Source of the DNA: Patescibacteria group bacterium
GTDB taxonomy: Bacteria > Patescibacteriota > Microgenomatia > UBA8517
Length of the DNA stretch: 64,000 nucleotides
Direction: 5' to 3'
Assembly: GCA_035260845.1 (NCBI GenBank)
Contig: DATFUL010000002.1
Span: forward strand, 7,033-71,032
Part shown: positions 29,768 to 39,553 of the stretch, piece by piece
Numbering within the stretch: the stretch's first letter is position 1
How the letters are laid out: each line of letters starts with the position of its first letter
The notes under the pieces: generated by a model
Database searches by the model: none
Told to the model about the DNA's origin: nothing
What the model saw: the letters and a program-made list of their open reading frames with translations, nothing else
Program-made: the position numbers and the translations under genes

Positions 29768-30772
29768 TAATCTGGGATTGCGGTCAATTTTATCTGGATC
29801 TACAAATTCTTCTCTCTCAGCTTTAAAGTAAGCAGCGATGCCAATCATTGCTGCGTTGTCGCCGTATAATCTATTCGAATAGGGAAAATGCAAATTGATA
29901 TTAAATGCTTTACCAAGTTTTCTTAATCTTTTTCTCATTTCGACATTTATTCCAACGCCGCCTCCAACTAATAAGTCTTTAGGCGTCTTTGGATAATCAT
30001 TAGATAAAATAAAATGGAAAACTCGAATAATGTGTGTAAATGCGGCATCCTGGAAGCTAGCTGCTAAATCGTATATTTTCTCTTTAGTTAAAGGTTTTTC
30101 TGATTCTACCAGTCTCATCATTGAAGTTTTTAAGCCAGAGTACGAAAACATTCTGCGGTTTTCTTGGCCTGCTATAGGAACTGGAAGAGTGTATTTTTTA
30201 GGATTACCAAGTTTTGCCATTTTTTCGAAAATTGCTCCACCAGGGTACCCTAAACCCAACATTCTTGCAGCCTTATCAAGCGCCTCACCCAATGCATCGT
30301 CATGAGTTTCTGCAAGAACTTTGTAATTACCAATTTTATCTATTTGAATAATTTGTGTATTTTTCCCAGAAATGACTAACCCAAGTGCTGGGAATTTAAT
30401 ATCAATGTTTTGATTTGCAAAAGAGGAGAGAAGGTGTCCTTCCAAATGATTAACTGCGATTAGTTTTTTGTTATATTTAATTGCCAATTCTTTGGCTTTA
30501 TTAACTCCAACCCCAAGTGCGATAGAAAGACCTGGGCCAATCGTTACCGCAATCGCATCGATATCCTTTGTTATTTCAAACTTTCCAAGAGCCTTTTTTA
30601 TGACGAAGTCGATTCGCTCCTCGTGCATTCTTTGAGCCAGAGAGGGCATCACGCCGCCAAATTTAGCATGTGCTGAAGCTTGGGACCAAATAATATTACT
30701 TAATATTTTTGTATCCTCGGTTACTGCTGCAGCAGTTTCGTCACAGCTTGTATCAATCGAGAGAATTTTCAT
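29756..30772 (-). CDS. tsaD: tRNA threonylcarbamoyltransferase TsaD
   Basis: 'IDTSCDET', 'GPGL', 'VNHLEGH', 'DDALGEALDKAARMLGLGYPGG', 'DNAAMIG'. Confidence 0.96.
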   Translation of the reverse strand: MKILSIDTSCDETAAAVTEDTKILSNIIWSQASAHAKFGGVMPSLAQRMHEERIDFVIKKALGKFEITKDIDAIAVTIGPGLSIALGVGVNKAKELAIKYNKKLIAVNHLEGHLLSSFANQNIDIKFPALGLVISGKNTQIIQIDKIGNYKVLAETHDDALGEALDKAARMLGLGYPGGAIFEKMAKLGNPKKYTLPVPIAGQENRRMFSYSGLKTSMMRLVESEKPLTKEKIYDLAASFQDAAFTHIIRVFHFILSNDYPKTPKDLLVGGGVGINVEMRKRLRKLGKAFNINLHFPYSNRLYGDNAAMIGIAAYFKAEREEFVDPDKIDRNPRLSLS

Positions 30773-30788
30773 CGTTATCTATTTAACC

Positions 30789-31679
30789 TTAATACTTTCT
30801 TGAAGAATGGAATATTCCCATTTTAACTAAATGATATTTAACTATTTCAGATGAATCCATTCCATTTGTCTTACGCTCGGCCTTTAAGTGTCTCAAGATA
30901 TCATCAATTTTAAGTCTGTTATCTTCAAACGCAACACTGTTTGGGGTTTTTGAAGTGGACCATAAACCTTCAAAAGTTTTTGGTTTTATATTTGCTTCAA
31001 CCGAAACGATTCCGTCCGCACCCATTTCAAGTGAGTCTGCAGCATCTGCTGTATTACCCTGAAAAACTTTGAAAGAAGCATTTTTTAATTTTAGAACACT
31101 CTCAAACTGTTGAATGTCTTTACTTGATGACTTTATTCCAACAACTCTTCCTTTGGACTCGTCTTTAGCAAATTGAACCAGATCAAATGGAATTTCCTTC
31201 CCTTCGGTCATGCTTGGATTACTATAAAGAAGAACTGGTAAGCTAGTTGCATCTAGGACTGTCTCAAGAGCTTTGTAAGGATCACGACTTAACATGGGTG
31301 CAAATATAATTCCATCTGCTCCCACTGAATTTGCTGTTTTTGCAAATTCGGTAATTTCAGACATCTCCTTTTTAAGAACTCCTGCGAGTACAGGCACTCT
31401 GTTGATAGAATGCTTATCCCTACTGTTGATAACAGTAGTTAACAAAACGTTATAATTTTCTAAATCAAGAGATAAACCTTCACCAGCATTTCCTGCCGGA
31501 AATAAAGCGCCTGAGTGGTTGACGACACTAGCCACCAGGTTATCCAAGTCTTTTACTTGAACTAAGGGTTTCTTACTTTTCTCTGAAAAAGGAGTTACAA
31601 GCGGAATTACAACAGCCTTTAATTTACTTGGATTAAGTACTTCTTTTTGATCGACATGTCTCAATTTGAGATCAACCAT
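30789..31679 (-). CDS. DapA/DHDPS-like class I aldolase
   Basis: 'LVTPF', 'GNAGEG', 'LLYSNP' (Tyr), 'VGIKSS' (Schiff-base Lys), 'GADG'. Confidence 0.8.
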   Translation of the reverse strand: MVDLKLRHVDQKEVLNPSKLKAVVIPLVTPFSEKSKKPLVQVKDLDNLVASVVNHSGALFPAGNAGEGLSLDLENYNVLLTTVINSRDKHSINRVPVLAGVLKKEMSEITEFAKTANSVGADGIIFAPMLSRDPYKALETVLDATSLPVLLYSNPSMTEGKEIPFDLVQFAKDESKGRVVGIKSSSKDIQQFESVLKLKNASFKVFQGNTADAADSLEMGADGIVSVEANIKPKTFEGLWSTSKTPNSVAFEDNRLKIDDILRHLKAERKTNGMDSSEIVKYHLVKMGIFHSSRKY

Positions 31680-31689
31680 GGTGTGGCGA

Positions 31690-32742
31690 TTATAACACAC
31701 CCCAAGAGATCAGTCTTTCGTTTTCAAATTTACCTGACTTAATATTTACCCAAATAACAATTGCTTCTTCGTCATACTTACGAATTTCGTCAGTTACTTT
31801 TTCTGCCCATTCAATTGAGACTACGGATTTGTTTTTAATTAAATCCGGAAAACCCAAAGCTGTTAATTCATCTGAATTTTCTAGCCTCCAAGTATCGAAA
31901 TGGAATAATTTTTTACTGCCTTCTCCATATTCGTTTTCAAGAGCAAAAGTTGGTGAGGTAACTAGTTCAGTTATTCCCATGGCGCGGGCCAGCCCTTTTG
32001 TAAATTGAGTTTTACCTGCTCCCATTTGGCCTTCCAAGGCGAAAACAATTGCCCTTTTGCCTTTATAATTTTCATATTTTTGCCACAATTCTTTACCAAT
32101 GTTTTGGGTATTTTCTTCTGAACGAGAAAGAACCTCATTTTTATCCTTAATTTTTATTTCACCTTGTCTTAAAACTGTTGGGTCATCAAGTGTTGTATCA
32201 ATTACTGTTGAGGGTTCGTTTTTAGGAAGTTCGCCAACATCGATAATTAAGTCAATCAACCCTTTTTGCTTTTCAGAAATATTTCTGAGGATGTCATCAA
32301 TTTTGTATGGCCGTTTTTGGTATGAAGCGTTGGCACTGGTTGCCACAATTGGACGGCCAAATTTGGTAATCAAATTAAGCATATTTTTATAATCCGGAAT
32401 CCTAACTCCCAAGGTTCCTGTTTCTGACTCGATCCCTTTAGCAACTTTTCCTTTCCCATTGGAAATAACTGTAACCGGCCCAGGCAGAAAAGTTTTATAG
32501 AGATTTCGGGCGGTGTCGTTTAACTCTACATATTCCTCGGCCATTTTTTGATCAGAACACATAATGGCATAAGGTTTTCCTAATGGTCTTTCTTTGTATT
32601 TACTTAATTTTTCAATAGCCTCGGGGTTTTGTGAGTCCACGGCAACACCGTAAACAGTTTCGCAGGGGAAGACTACTAGCCCGCCAGCCTCAAGTGTTTT
32701 TAAAATCGTGTCTAAATCATCAAAATTGTTTACAAGCTTCAT
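31690..32742 (-). CDS. tsaC-tsaE: Fused TsaC (YrdC/Sua5) - TsaE (YjeE ATPase)
   Basis: N-terminal 'FPCETVYG', 'K.RP..KP', 'ATSAN', 'PSTVID..LRQG'; C-terminal 'LEGQMGAGKT', 'VTSPTF', 'HFD.WRL', 'IEWAE'. Confidence 0.92.
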   Translation of the reverse strand: MKLVNNFDDLDTILKTLEAGGLVVFPCETVYGVAVDSQNPEAIEKLSKYKERPLGKPYAIMCSDQKMAEEYVELNDTARNLYKTFLPGPVTVISNGKGKVAKGIESETGTLGVRIPDYKNMLNLITKFGRPIVATSANASYQKRPYKIDDILRNISEKQKGLIDLIIDVGELPKNEPSTVIDTTLDDPTVLRQGEIKIKDKNEVLSRSEENTQNIGKELWQKYENYKGKRAIVFALEGQMGAGKTQFTKGLARAMGITELVTSPTFALENEYGEGSKKLFHFDTWRLENSDELTALGFPDLIKNKSVVSIEWAEKVTDEIRKYDEEAIVIWVNIKSGKFENERLISWGVL

Positions 32743-32798
32743 GAGGCCATTATACCTCCTAGTTGTTGGATTATGAATAAAAGTGTTAAATTTAGTTA

Positions 32799-33011
32799 AT
32801 GTCTGTTTGGAACGAAGGACTACGTAAAATTGTAGATTTTCACTTGATTGACCCGAACTTTGATGGTACTCGGCAACTTTTTACTTTTTATAGAACCGGT
32901 AAGTATTCACTTGGGACTGAAAAAGATATGAATAAGGTAAGAAAAGACTCTGACAAAAAAAGTGCTATTGAAGACATAATCTTTTTAAATAGCAGGTCCA
33001 GTACCCTTTAA
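32799..33011 (+). CDS. Small hypothetical protein
   Basis: 70-aa ORF with TGtTAAATT 6 nt before ATG. Confidence 0.45.
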   Translation: MSVWNEGLRKIVDFHLIDPNFDGTRQLFTFYRTGKYSLGTEKDMNKVRKDSDKKSAIEDIIFLNSRSSTL

Positions 33012-34766
33012 ATAAATAGCTGCCCAGGGTTGGTAATTACTAACAAATGTCTTTTTATAAATACTTTCTCCATTTCTTGTTACTAAATAGTTAAATGTAA
33101 TTTTGGCCCCACTTGCAGCAAAATCTGTTTGTTTTAGAGTTCCAGCTGGGAGAGTTGGATCGTCCTGGTAAATTGTAGGTAGTGCTGGTATAACATTAGA
33201 AACAACTGGTTTAGAAACCACCGACACTCTTCCATCACTTGTCCCATAAAGTTCAAAAACTAATGAATAATTTTTTGGATTATTTTTGGCTTGAATCAAG
33301 ATGTACCCCGGTGTGTCGTTTTTAAACTTAAAATCTGGTGAAGGTGCATAAACTGTGGCGTCAATTCCTGGCGCGGAATTTTGTTCGTAATAACCAACAC
33401 GATAAGCATGTGCTGTACGTTCCATTATTGGCAGTCCCGCATTAAGTGTTGCACGAAAAAGTGTCGTTGAGACTTGGCAAACCCCACCGCCATCACCGAG
33501 AATGGTGCGGCCTTCAGAAATTATGTAGGCCTCTTTATATCCTGTTAGTTTTGAAACATCACCCAAAGTTTGATTAAAAGAAAATGTGTCACCCGGTTTA
33601 ATCAATGTACCATTTATTCTACTGGCCGCTAAATTTACGTTAAAAACACGCCCAGGAATTGAATGGAAATAGGTGGAAGTACCGCGACCAATCATCTCCT
33701 TTATTCCCAAGTTGTTGATTTCGTTGGTTGCGACATCGGACTTAGTTCTTGTTACTGGAACATCAATTGCAATATTTTTGTCTGTTGAATCCGCTAATTT
33801 ATCAAGACTATTTATTAGTAGATCTTTAAGTTTTTGATTGTCTAAAGTAATTCCATCAAGTGCTGGTTGAAACTCACTAACTTTTAAGCCATTAAATTCA
33901 AATTTAGGATTTTGCGATTCCCTATTTACGCTTTTTGAAACTGCAAGGATTGTGTTATTTATTTCTTGATCGTTATAGCCCCCACTTGGGTTTATGAATT
34001 TAAGGATACGGTCTTTGTTATAGTCAAAACTTTCCACTTCAAATTTTAAAGAAATACTTTTGTCCAAATATTTTTCTCCTCTGGTTTTTGCTGCAATTAT
34101 TTCTTGATCGCTTAAGCGTGGATCAATTGTTTGCATTGGAATTTGAACGTCACCAGTTCTTGCATAGGACAAAACCTGTCCAACAATTGCCTTAAGTAGT
34201 TCTTGGTCAACCAGCGTCCCTTCCGCACCTTTATTCACTTCAATATTTCCATTTTTGACTTCGATTGATGGATAAATCGGATTAACTGTAATTTGTTTAT
34301 CGATTAGAGCAATAATATTTGAAAGTTTTTCGGTACTTATATTTGTGGTGAGACCCAAGTTTTGCCCCTGTCTCAAAAGATTAATTTGTGTAATTGAATC
34401 AGTAATAAAGTTTCCTGTTCTGGTTAAGTTGTAAACTCTATCAACCGAAGCCTCAAAGTTGTAACTTATATCTATGTCTTTTGTATTTAAATCAAAAGAT
34501 TTTTTTGTGCTTACTAGACTAATTTTGTCTGCTATTTTAACTTCATTTGTAAGAGTTGCAACCGCCTCAGCAGGAGTTTGCCCACCAAGACTGATACCGG
34601 CAATATAAATATTTGGATAAATTCTGCCTAGGTATTTAACCTGATAGAAGAGGAAAAACCCTAAAACGAAAACAATAACTGAAAAGAAGAAGATTACAAC
34701 CGAACGACCAAAGTTTTTCGGTTTTTTAGGCAGTTTTTTATTTACAATCGATCTCGCACTGCTCAT
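32985..34766 (-). CDS. VanW-family protein with peptidoglycan-binding repeats
   Basis: 'GGGVCQVSTTLFRA', 'HAYRVGYYE', 'DATVY.P.PDFKFKNDT'. Confidence 0.92.
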   Translation of the reverse strand: MSSARSIVNKKLPKKPKNFGRSVVIFFFSVIVFVLGFFLFYQVKYLGRIYPNIYIAGISLGGQTPAEAVATLTNEVKIADKISLVSTKKSFDLNTKDIDISYNFEASVDRVYNLTRTGNFITDSITQINLLRQGQNLGLTTNISTEKLSNIIALIDKQITVNPIYPSIEVKNGNIEVNKGAEGTLVDQELLKAIVGQVLSYARTGDVQIPMQTIDPRLSDQEIIAAKTRGEKYLDKSISLKFEVESFDYNKDRILKFINPSGGYNDQEINNTILAVSKSVNRESQNPKFEFNGLKVSEFQPALDGITLDNQKLKDLLINSLDKLADSTDKNIAIDVPVTRTKSDVATNEINNLGIKEMIGRGTSTYFHSIPGRVFNVNLAASRINGTLIKPGDTFSFNQTLGDVSKLTGYKEAYIISEGRTILGDGGGVCQVSTTLFRATLNAGLPIMERTAHAYRVGYYEQNSAPGIDATVYAPSPDFKFKNDTPGYILIQAKNNPKNYSLVFELYGTSDGRVSVVSKPVVSNVIPALPTIYQDDPTLPAGTLKQTDFAASGAKITFNYLVTRNGESIYKKTFVSNYQPWAAIYLKGTGPAI

Positions 34767-34788
34767 TCCGATATGATACCATTTAAGG

Positions 34789-36219
34789 GTGGATACTAAC
34801 CAGAATCCCCCTAATACTTATACAATTCCGGCGACACCAGCTAGTCCTATCCCTCCTGTTTCGGAAGTCCCGAGTGTGCCACCAATAGTTCCACCGATTC
34901 CAAAGAAAACTATTCCTAAAGTAGCAATCTTTGCAGGTATTGGTGTTTTGGTTTTAATTATTATTTTTGCGATTTTCAAAATTCTAACTTCTACTTCAAC
35001 ATCTAAAATTTCTGGAGGAACAATTACTTGGTGGGGACTTTGGGAAGATCCTAAAGCTGTACAACCATTAATTGATGCCTATCAAACTGCTCATAGTGGA
35101 GTAAAAATAAATTATATAAAAGAGTCCCCCCAGGATTATCGCGAACGTTTAACAAGTTCTCTTGCCAAAAGCAGCGGTCCCGATATCTTCACCTTTCATA
35201 ATTCTTGGGTACCGATGTTTAAAGGAAGTTTGGATTCACTCCCCGCATCAGTCATGAACCCGGCAGACTTTGCCAAGACTTTTTATCCAATAACTTCATC
35301 TGATTTAACCTCTGGAAGTAGTATTGTTGGAATTCCTTTGGAGTATGATGCCTTAACATTATTTATTAACCAGGATATTTTTGATAAAGCAGGTAAGACC
35401 GCGCCGACAAGTTGGGATGATTTTAGATCGGTTGCAAAACAGCTCACAGTTAAAGATGATCAAGGTGTTATTACTCAATCGGGAGCAGCAATGGGAAGAA
35501 CAGAAAATATTGATCATTGGCCAGAAATTTTAGCTCTTTTAATGCTTCAAAATGGAGTAAGCCTAAGTAATCCAACGGGACCAGGTGCTGAAGGGGCACT
35601 GACCTACTTTACACTTTTTTCAACGACTGACGGAATTTGGGACGCAACCCTCCCTTCTTCAACTCAATCTTTTGCAGCAGGAAAACTAGCGATGTACATT
35701 GGCCCTTCGTGGCGCGCTTTTGATATCCAAGCCCAAAATCCAAATTTGAAATTTAAAACGGTACCTATCCCACAACTCCCTAAGGATAGTCCAAGCCAAG
35801 CTGATATAACTTATGCAACTTACTGGGCTAGTGGAGTTTGGTCTGGGAGTTCCCATAAAGCTGCAGCTTGGGATTTCTTAAAATTCCTTTCAACTCAAGA
35901 TTCGCTAACCAAACTTTACCAGAATGAGAGCAAAGTCAGAAGTTTTGGTGAACCATATCCAAGAGTCGACATGGCCAGTTTACTTTCGAGTCACCCTGTT
36001 CTTGGTTCAATAATTTCCCAGGCCCCGGGAGCAACTAGTTGGTATTTAGCTTCTCGTACTTTTGATGGCCCAACTGGAATAAACTCACAAATGATTAATT
36101 ACTTTGGCGATGCTGTTAACGCGGTTGCAAATGGAACTTCAACTGCCGATAAAGCTCTAGCAACAGCCGCACAAGGTGTTTCGCAAATACTTGCCCAGTA
36201 TAAACTGATTGCAAAGTAA
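34789..36219 (+). CDS. Extracellular solute-binding protein (carbohydrate ABC type), TM-anchored
   Basis: 'ITWWGLWE', 'GPDIF', 'FAAGKLAMYIGPSW', 'AAWDFLKFL'. Confidence 0.88.
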   Translation: MDTNQNPPNTYTIPATPASPIPPVSEVPSVPPIVPPIPKKTIPKVAIFAGIGVLVLIIIFAIFKILTSTSTSKISGGTITWWGLWEDPKAVQPLIDAYQTAHSGVKINYIKESPQDYRERLTSSLAKSSGPDIFTFHNSWVPMFKGSLDSLPASVMNPADFAKTFYPITSSDLTSGSSIVGIPLEYDALTLFINQDIFDKAGKTAPTSWDDFRSVAKQLTVKDDQGVITQSGAAMGRTENIDHWPEILALLMLQNGVSLSNPTGPGAEGALTYFTLFSTTDGIWDATLPSSTQSFAAGKLAMYIGPSWRAFDIQAQNPNLKFKTVPIPQLPKDSPSQADITYATYWASGVWSGSSHKAAAWDFLKFLSTQDSLTKLYQNESKVRSFGEPYPRVDMASLLSSHPVLGSIISQAPGATSWYLASRTFDGPTGINSQMINYFGDAVNAVANGTSTADKALATAAQGVSQILAQYKLIAK

Positions 36220-36220
36220 A

Positions 36221-37075
36221 ATGCTAAACCTGTATTCTATTGCCTTAAATCAAGAACCTACCAAAGAAGATTTGGACGACAAAGAAAAGGCATCCATCCT
36301 CTATCATAATTTATTTGATTACCCTCTAAGTTTTTCCGACTTAATAAAATGGAAATCAGGCAATAAAGTAGAAGTAACCAAGGCACGGAATCAGGTTACA
36401 AATAAAAGAGGTTTTTATTTTCTGGAAGGCCGAGAAGGACTTATTTACAAAAGGCTTTTAAGAAAAAGAGTCTCTGATAAAAAAATGAAAATCGCAAAGG
36501 CTTCTGCCAAGATTTTCGCGCTAATTCCTACCATCAAGATGGTTGCAGTCACGGGTTCCTTGGCTATGGAAAATGCTGCTGAGGAAAGTGATATTGATTT
36601 AATGATGGTTACAAAAAAAGGTACACTTTGGATAACCCGACTACTCACTTATTTACTTACCTACTTATTCAATCTTTCTATCCGAAAACCCTCTGATAAT
36701 AATCAAAAAGACAAGTTTTGTTTGAATATTTGGCTAGATGAAACAGATTTGCTTTGGAGCAAAAAGGACAGAAATGTCTACACTGCCCACGAAATTGCCC
36801 AGATTATTCCACTAGTTAACAAAGATAAAACTTACGAAAAATTCTTGCATAAAAATAAATGGTTATTAGATTACTGGCCCAACTCAGTAAAAATTAGCGA
36901 AAAGCGAAGAGTGAAAAGTGAAAAAGTTTTTTCTTTAGATCTAATAGAAAAATTGGCTTTTAATTTGCAAAAAAATTATATGATGAAGAAAGTTACTCGC
37001 GAAATCGTGACCCCCACCCGTGCCCTTTTCCATCCTCAGGATTGGGGAAAAGTAGTTTTAGGAAGACTTACTTGA
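36221..37075 (+). CDS. Nucleotidyltransferase-domain protein
   Basis: 'VAVTGSLAMENAAEESDIDL' (GS...DxD pol-beta motif); 'KFCLNIWLDE', 'YTAHEIAQ'. Confidence 0.75.
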   Translation: MLNLYSIALNQEPTKEDLDDKEKASILYHNLFDYPLSFSDLIKWKSGNKVEVTKARNQVTNKRGFYFLEGREGLIYKRLLRKRVSDKKMKIAKASAKIFALIPTIKMVAVTGSLAMENAAEESDIDLMMVTKKGTLWITRLLTYLLTYLFNLSIRKPSDNNQKDKFCLNIWLDETDLLWSKKDRNVYTAHEIAQIIPLVNKDKTYEKFLHKNKWLLDYWPNSVKISEKRRVKSEKVFSLDLIEKLAFNLQKNYMMKKVTREIVTPTRALFHPQDWGKVVLGRLT

Positions 37076-37126
37076 CATATCGGCGCACCCTAGCTTAGAA
37101 TAGCAGTCATAGGGATCGAATGCTAA
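37072..37126 (+). promoter_or_regulatory. Sigma70 promoter plus CIRCE (HrcA operator) upstream of groES
   Basis: TTGACA(37072)-N18-TAGAAT; ATAGCAGTC-N9-GAATGCTAA at 37100-37126 (15/18 to TTAGCACTC-N9-GAGTGCTAA). Confidence 0.85.
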
Positions 37127-37154
37127 CAGTGTTAGCATTATTTTTTCGCTAAAA

Positions 37155-37451
37155 ATGGCAAAACTTAACTTAAAACCGACCGCAGGCTATCTTCTTATTG
37201 AGCCTTTAGAAAAAGAAACAAAAACAGCTTCCGGAATTTATTTACCTGATAACGCCGGTGAAAAACCACAAAAAGGAAAAGTACTAGCAACTGGTGGAGC
37301 ACTTCTTTCTGATGGTCATAAAATTGAAGCACCGGCAAAAGTTAACGACACAGTTCTTTACAAAAAATGGGGCGGAAACGAAGTCAAAATCGAAGGCAAA
37401 GAATATTTATTTGTTAAGTTTGAGGATGTTTTGGCAGTAGAAGAAAAATAA
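37155..37451 (+). CDS. groES: Co-chaperonin GroES
   Basis: 'KTASGIYLPD...EKPQKGKV', 'KWGGNEVKIEGKEYL'. Confidence 0.98.
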   Translation: MAKLNLKPTAGYLLIEPLEKETKTASGIYLPDNAGEKPQKGKVLATGGALLSDGHKIEAPAKVNDTVLYKKWGGNEVKIEGKEYLFVKFEDVLAVEEK

Positions 37452-37452
37452 T

Positions 37453-37692
37453 ATGGCTTTAACAGAAACTTTATTAGATTTACAACAAACTTTTGACTTG
37501 ACACCTAAAGAAGCGATTGCTGTGGCTACAGTTAGAAGCGGTCAAACAACATCTATAAATGCTCACCTAAAGGGTCAAGAACTAAAAGGGTTAGATGCTC
37601 AGGTGGCAAGAGTTGCTAATACAAATCTCTACAGATCTGCCTTAAACAAAATCAATCAGAAAAATACAGAAGTAGAATCAGTCGATTATTAA
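37453..37692 (+). CDS. Orphan protein inserted between groES and groEL
   Basis: 79-aa ORF filling the groES-groEL gap with 1-nt and 2-nt spacers. Confidence 0.7.
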   Translation: MALTETLLDLQQTFDLTPKEAIAVATVRSGQTTSINAHLKGQELKGLDAQVARVANTNLYRSALNKINQKNTEVESVDY

Positions 37693-37694
37693 AT

Positions 37695-39320
37695 ATGGCT
37701 AAACAATTAAAATTTTCTAAAGACGCAAGGAAAGCCTTATTAAAAGGTATCGATACTGTTGCTAAAGCAGTTGTAACTACACTTGGGCCAAAAGGTAGGA
37801 ACATCGCTTTAGACAAGAAATGGGGAGCTCCAAATATAGTTCATGACGGAGTTTCCGTTGCCAAAGAAATTGATTTACCAGATCCATTCGAAAACATGGG
37901 TGCCCAGCTTGTTAAAGAAGCCGCCAGTAAAACCAACGATAACGCGGGGGATGGAACCACAACTTCAACTCTTCTTGCCCAAGTAATCACTCAAAAAGGT
38001 ATGGCTAAAATTGACTCAGGCGCAAACCCAATGATTGTTAAAAAAGGAATTGAAAAAGCGGTTGAAGCAGTTACCTTGGAGCTTAAAAGAATGGCTAAGC
38101 CTATTAAAGGCAAAGAAGAAATAGGCCAAGTGGCTACAATTTCTGCAGGGGACACAATAATTGGAAGTAAAATCGCAGAAGCCCTTGATAAAGTAGGCCG
38201 CGATGGAGTTGTAACAGTTGAAGAAGGCAAAGGTTTAACAATCGATATTGAATACAAAGAAGGCATGGAATTTGACCGTGGTTATGCTTCAGCTTACTTT
38301 GTAACAAATGCGGATAAAATGGAGGCAGAACTTGATAATCCATATATTTTACTAACCGACAAGAAAATCACTTCGATTCAGGATATGCTTCCCTTCCTTG
38401 AAAAATTCGTAAAAGTCAGTAAAAACCTTGTAATTATTGCTGATGAAATAGAAGGAGAAGCCTTGGCTACCCTTGTTGTAAATAAACTTAAAGGAACATT
38501 TAACACTTTAGCCATAAAGGCACCCGGGTTTGGTGATAGGCGTAAAGAAATGCTTGAAGATGTTGCAATTCTTACAGGTGCAACTGTAATAAGTGAAGAT
38601 ACAGGTATGACTTTTGAATCAATTGAGGTAACTGATTTGGGTCGTGCCGAAAAAGTCTGGGCCGATAAAGACAATGCCAGAATAATCGGCGGTAAAGGTG
38701 AGAAAAAGGCAATTGATTCCAGAGTTGAGTCAATCAAAAAGCAAATTAAAGCATCTGATAGTGACTTTGATAAAGAAAAATTTGAAGAAAGATTAGCTAA
38801 ACTTGCGGGTGGAGTTGCCGTAATTAACGTTGGTGCAGCAACTGAAGTTGAGCTAAATGATAAAAAAGAAAGAGTAAAGGATGCAGTTGGGGCTACAAAA
38901 GCAGCAGTTGAGGAAGGAATAGTCCCAGGAGGGGAAACAGCACTTCTTAGGGCACGTGAGGTACTCAAAAAAGTTAAGGTCGAAAAGGGTGATGAAAAGA
39001 TTGGTCTTGATATAGTTTATGATGCACTCGCTGAGCCAATCCAATGGTTAGCTAAAAATGCAGGGGATGATGAAAAACTGGTTCTTAAAAAAGTAATGGC
39101 CTCAAAAGATAATGATTTTGGCTATAACGCTCTTACTTCCGAATTTGGCTCAATGACCAAAATGGGAATTATTGACCCTGTAAAAGTTACCAGAAGCGCA
39201 CTTCAGAATGCCGCAAGTGTAGCCATGATGGTTTTAACCACCGAAGGATTGGTAACAGACATTCCAGAACCAAAGGCCCCTCCAATGCCACAAGGCGGAA
39301 TGGGTGGAATGGATTATTAA
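37695..39320 (+). CDS. groEL: Chaperonin GroEL
   Basis: 'TLGPKGRN', 'AGDGTTT', 'GGMGGMDY'. Confidence 0.99.
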   Translation: MAKQLKFSKDARKALLKGIDTVAKAVVTTLGPKGRNIALDKKWGAPNIVHDGVSVAKEIDLPDPFENMGAQLVKEAASKTNDNAGDGTTTSTLLAQVITQKGMAKIDSGANPMIVKKGIEKAVEAVTLELKRMAKPIKGKEEIGQVATISAGDTIIGSKIAEALDKVGRDGVVTVEEGKGLTIDIEYKEGMEFDRGYASAYFVTNADKMEAELDNPYILLTDKKITSIQDMLPFLEKFVKVSKNLVIIADEIEGEALATLVVNKLKGTFNTLAIKAPGFGDRRKEMLEDVAILTGATVISEDTGMTFESIEVTDLGRAEKVWADKDNARIIGGKGEKKAIDSRVESIKKQIKASDSDFDKEKFEERLAKLAGGVAVINVGAATEVELNDKKERVKDAVGATKAAVEEGIVPGGETALLRAREVLKKVKVEKGDEKIGLDIVYDALAEPIQWLAKNAGDDEKLVLKKVMASKDNDFGYNALTSEFGSMTKMGIIDPVKVTRSALQNAASVAMMVLTTEGLVTDIPEPKAPPMPQGGMGGMDY

Positions 39321-39322
39321 AA

Positions 39323-39520
39323 ATGGAAAGAGATCCAAAAAGAAACGAAAAAAGAGTTAGAAAACTTCACCTTCCAAAAGCCGCTAGAGAGATAATTAAA
39401 GATATTTTAGATACAAAAGATATTGCTCGTGGTTACGGCAAGGTGCATGGAATTGGTGGTACTCCTCAGACAGGTGCTAATACAGTTGTTAGAACCGGGT
39501 TAATAGATCATACAATATAA
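39323..39520 (+). CDS. Small hypothetical protein
   Basis: 65-aa ORF starting 2 nt after the groEL stop. Confidence 0.5.
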   Translation: MERDPKRNEKRVRKLHLPKAAREIIKDILDTKDIARGYGKVHGIGGTPQTGANTVVRTGLIDHTI

Positions 39521-39553
39521 CCCCCTCTTGTTTTATAATCTTCATTAAAAAAA

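Noticed and set aside
32985-34766. Vancomycin-resistance cluster
   Set aside because: VanW domain alone; no vanHAX/vanRS genes
38378-38968. Long antisense ORFs (196 aa opposite groEL; similar ones opposite dnaN, dnaA, valS and the 53876 gene)
   Set aside because: Shadow ORFs caused by codon bias of well-supported genes on the other strand
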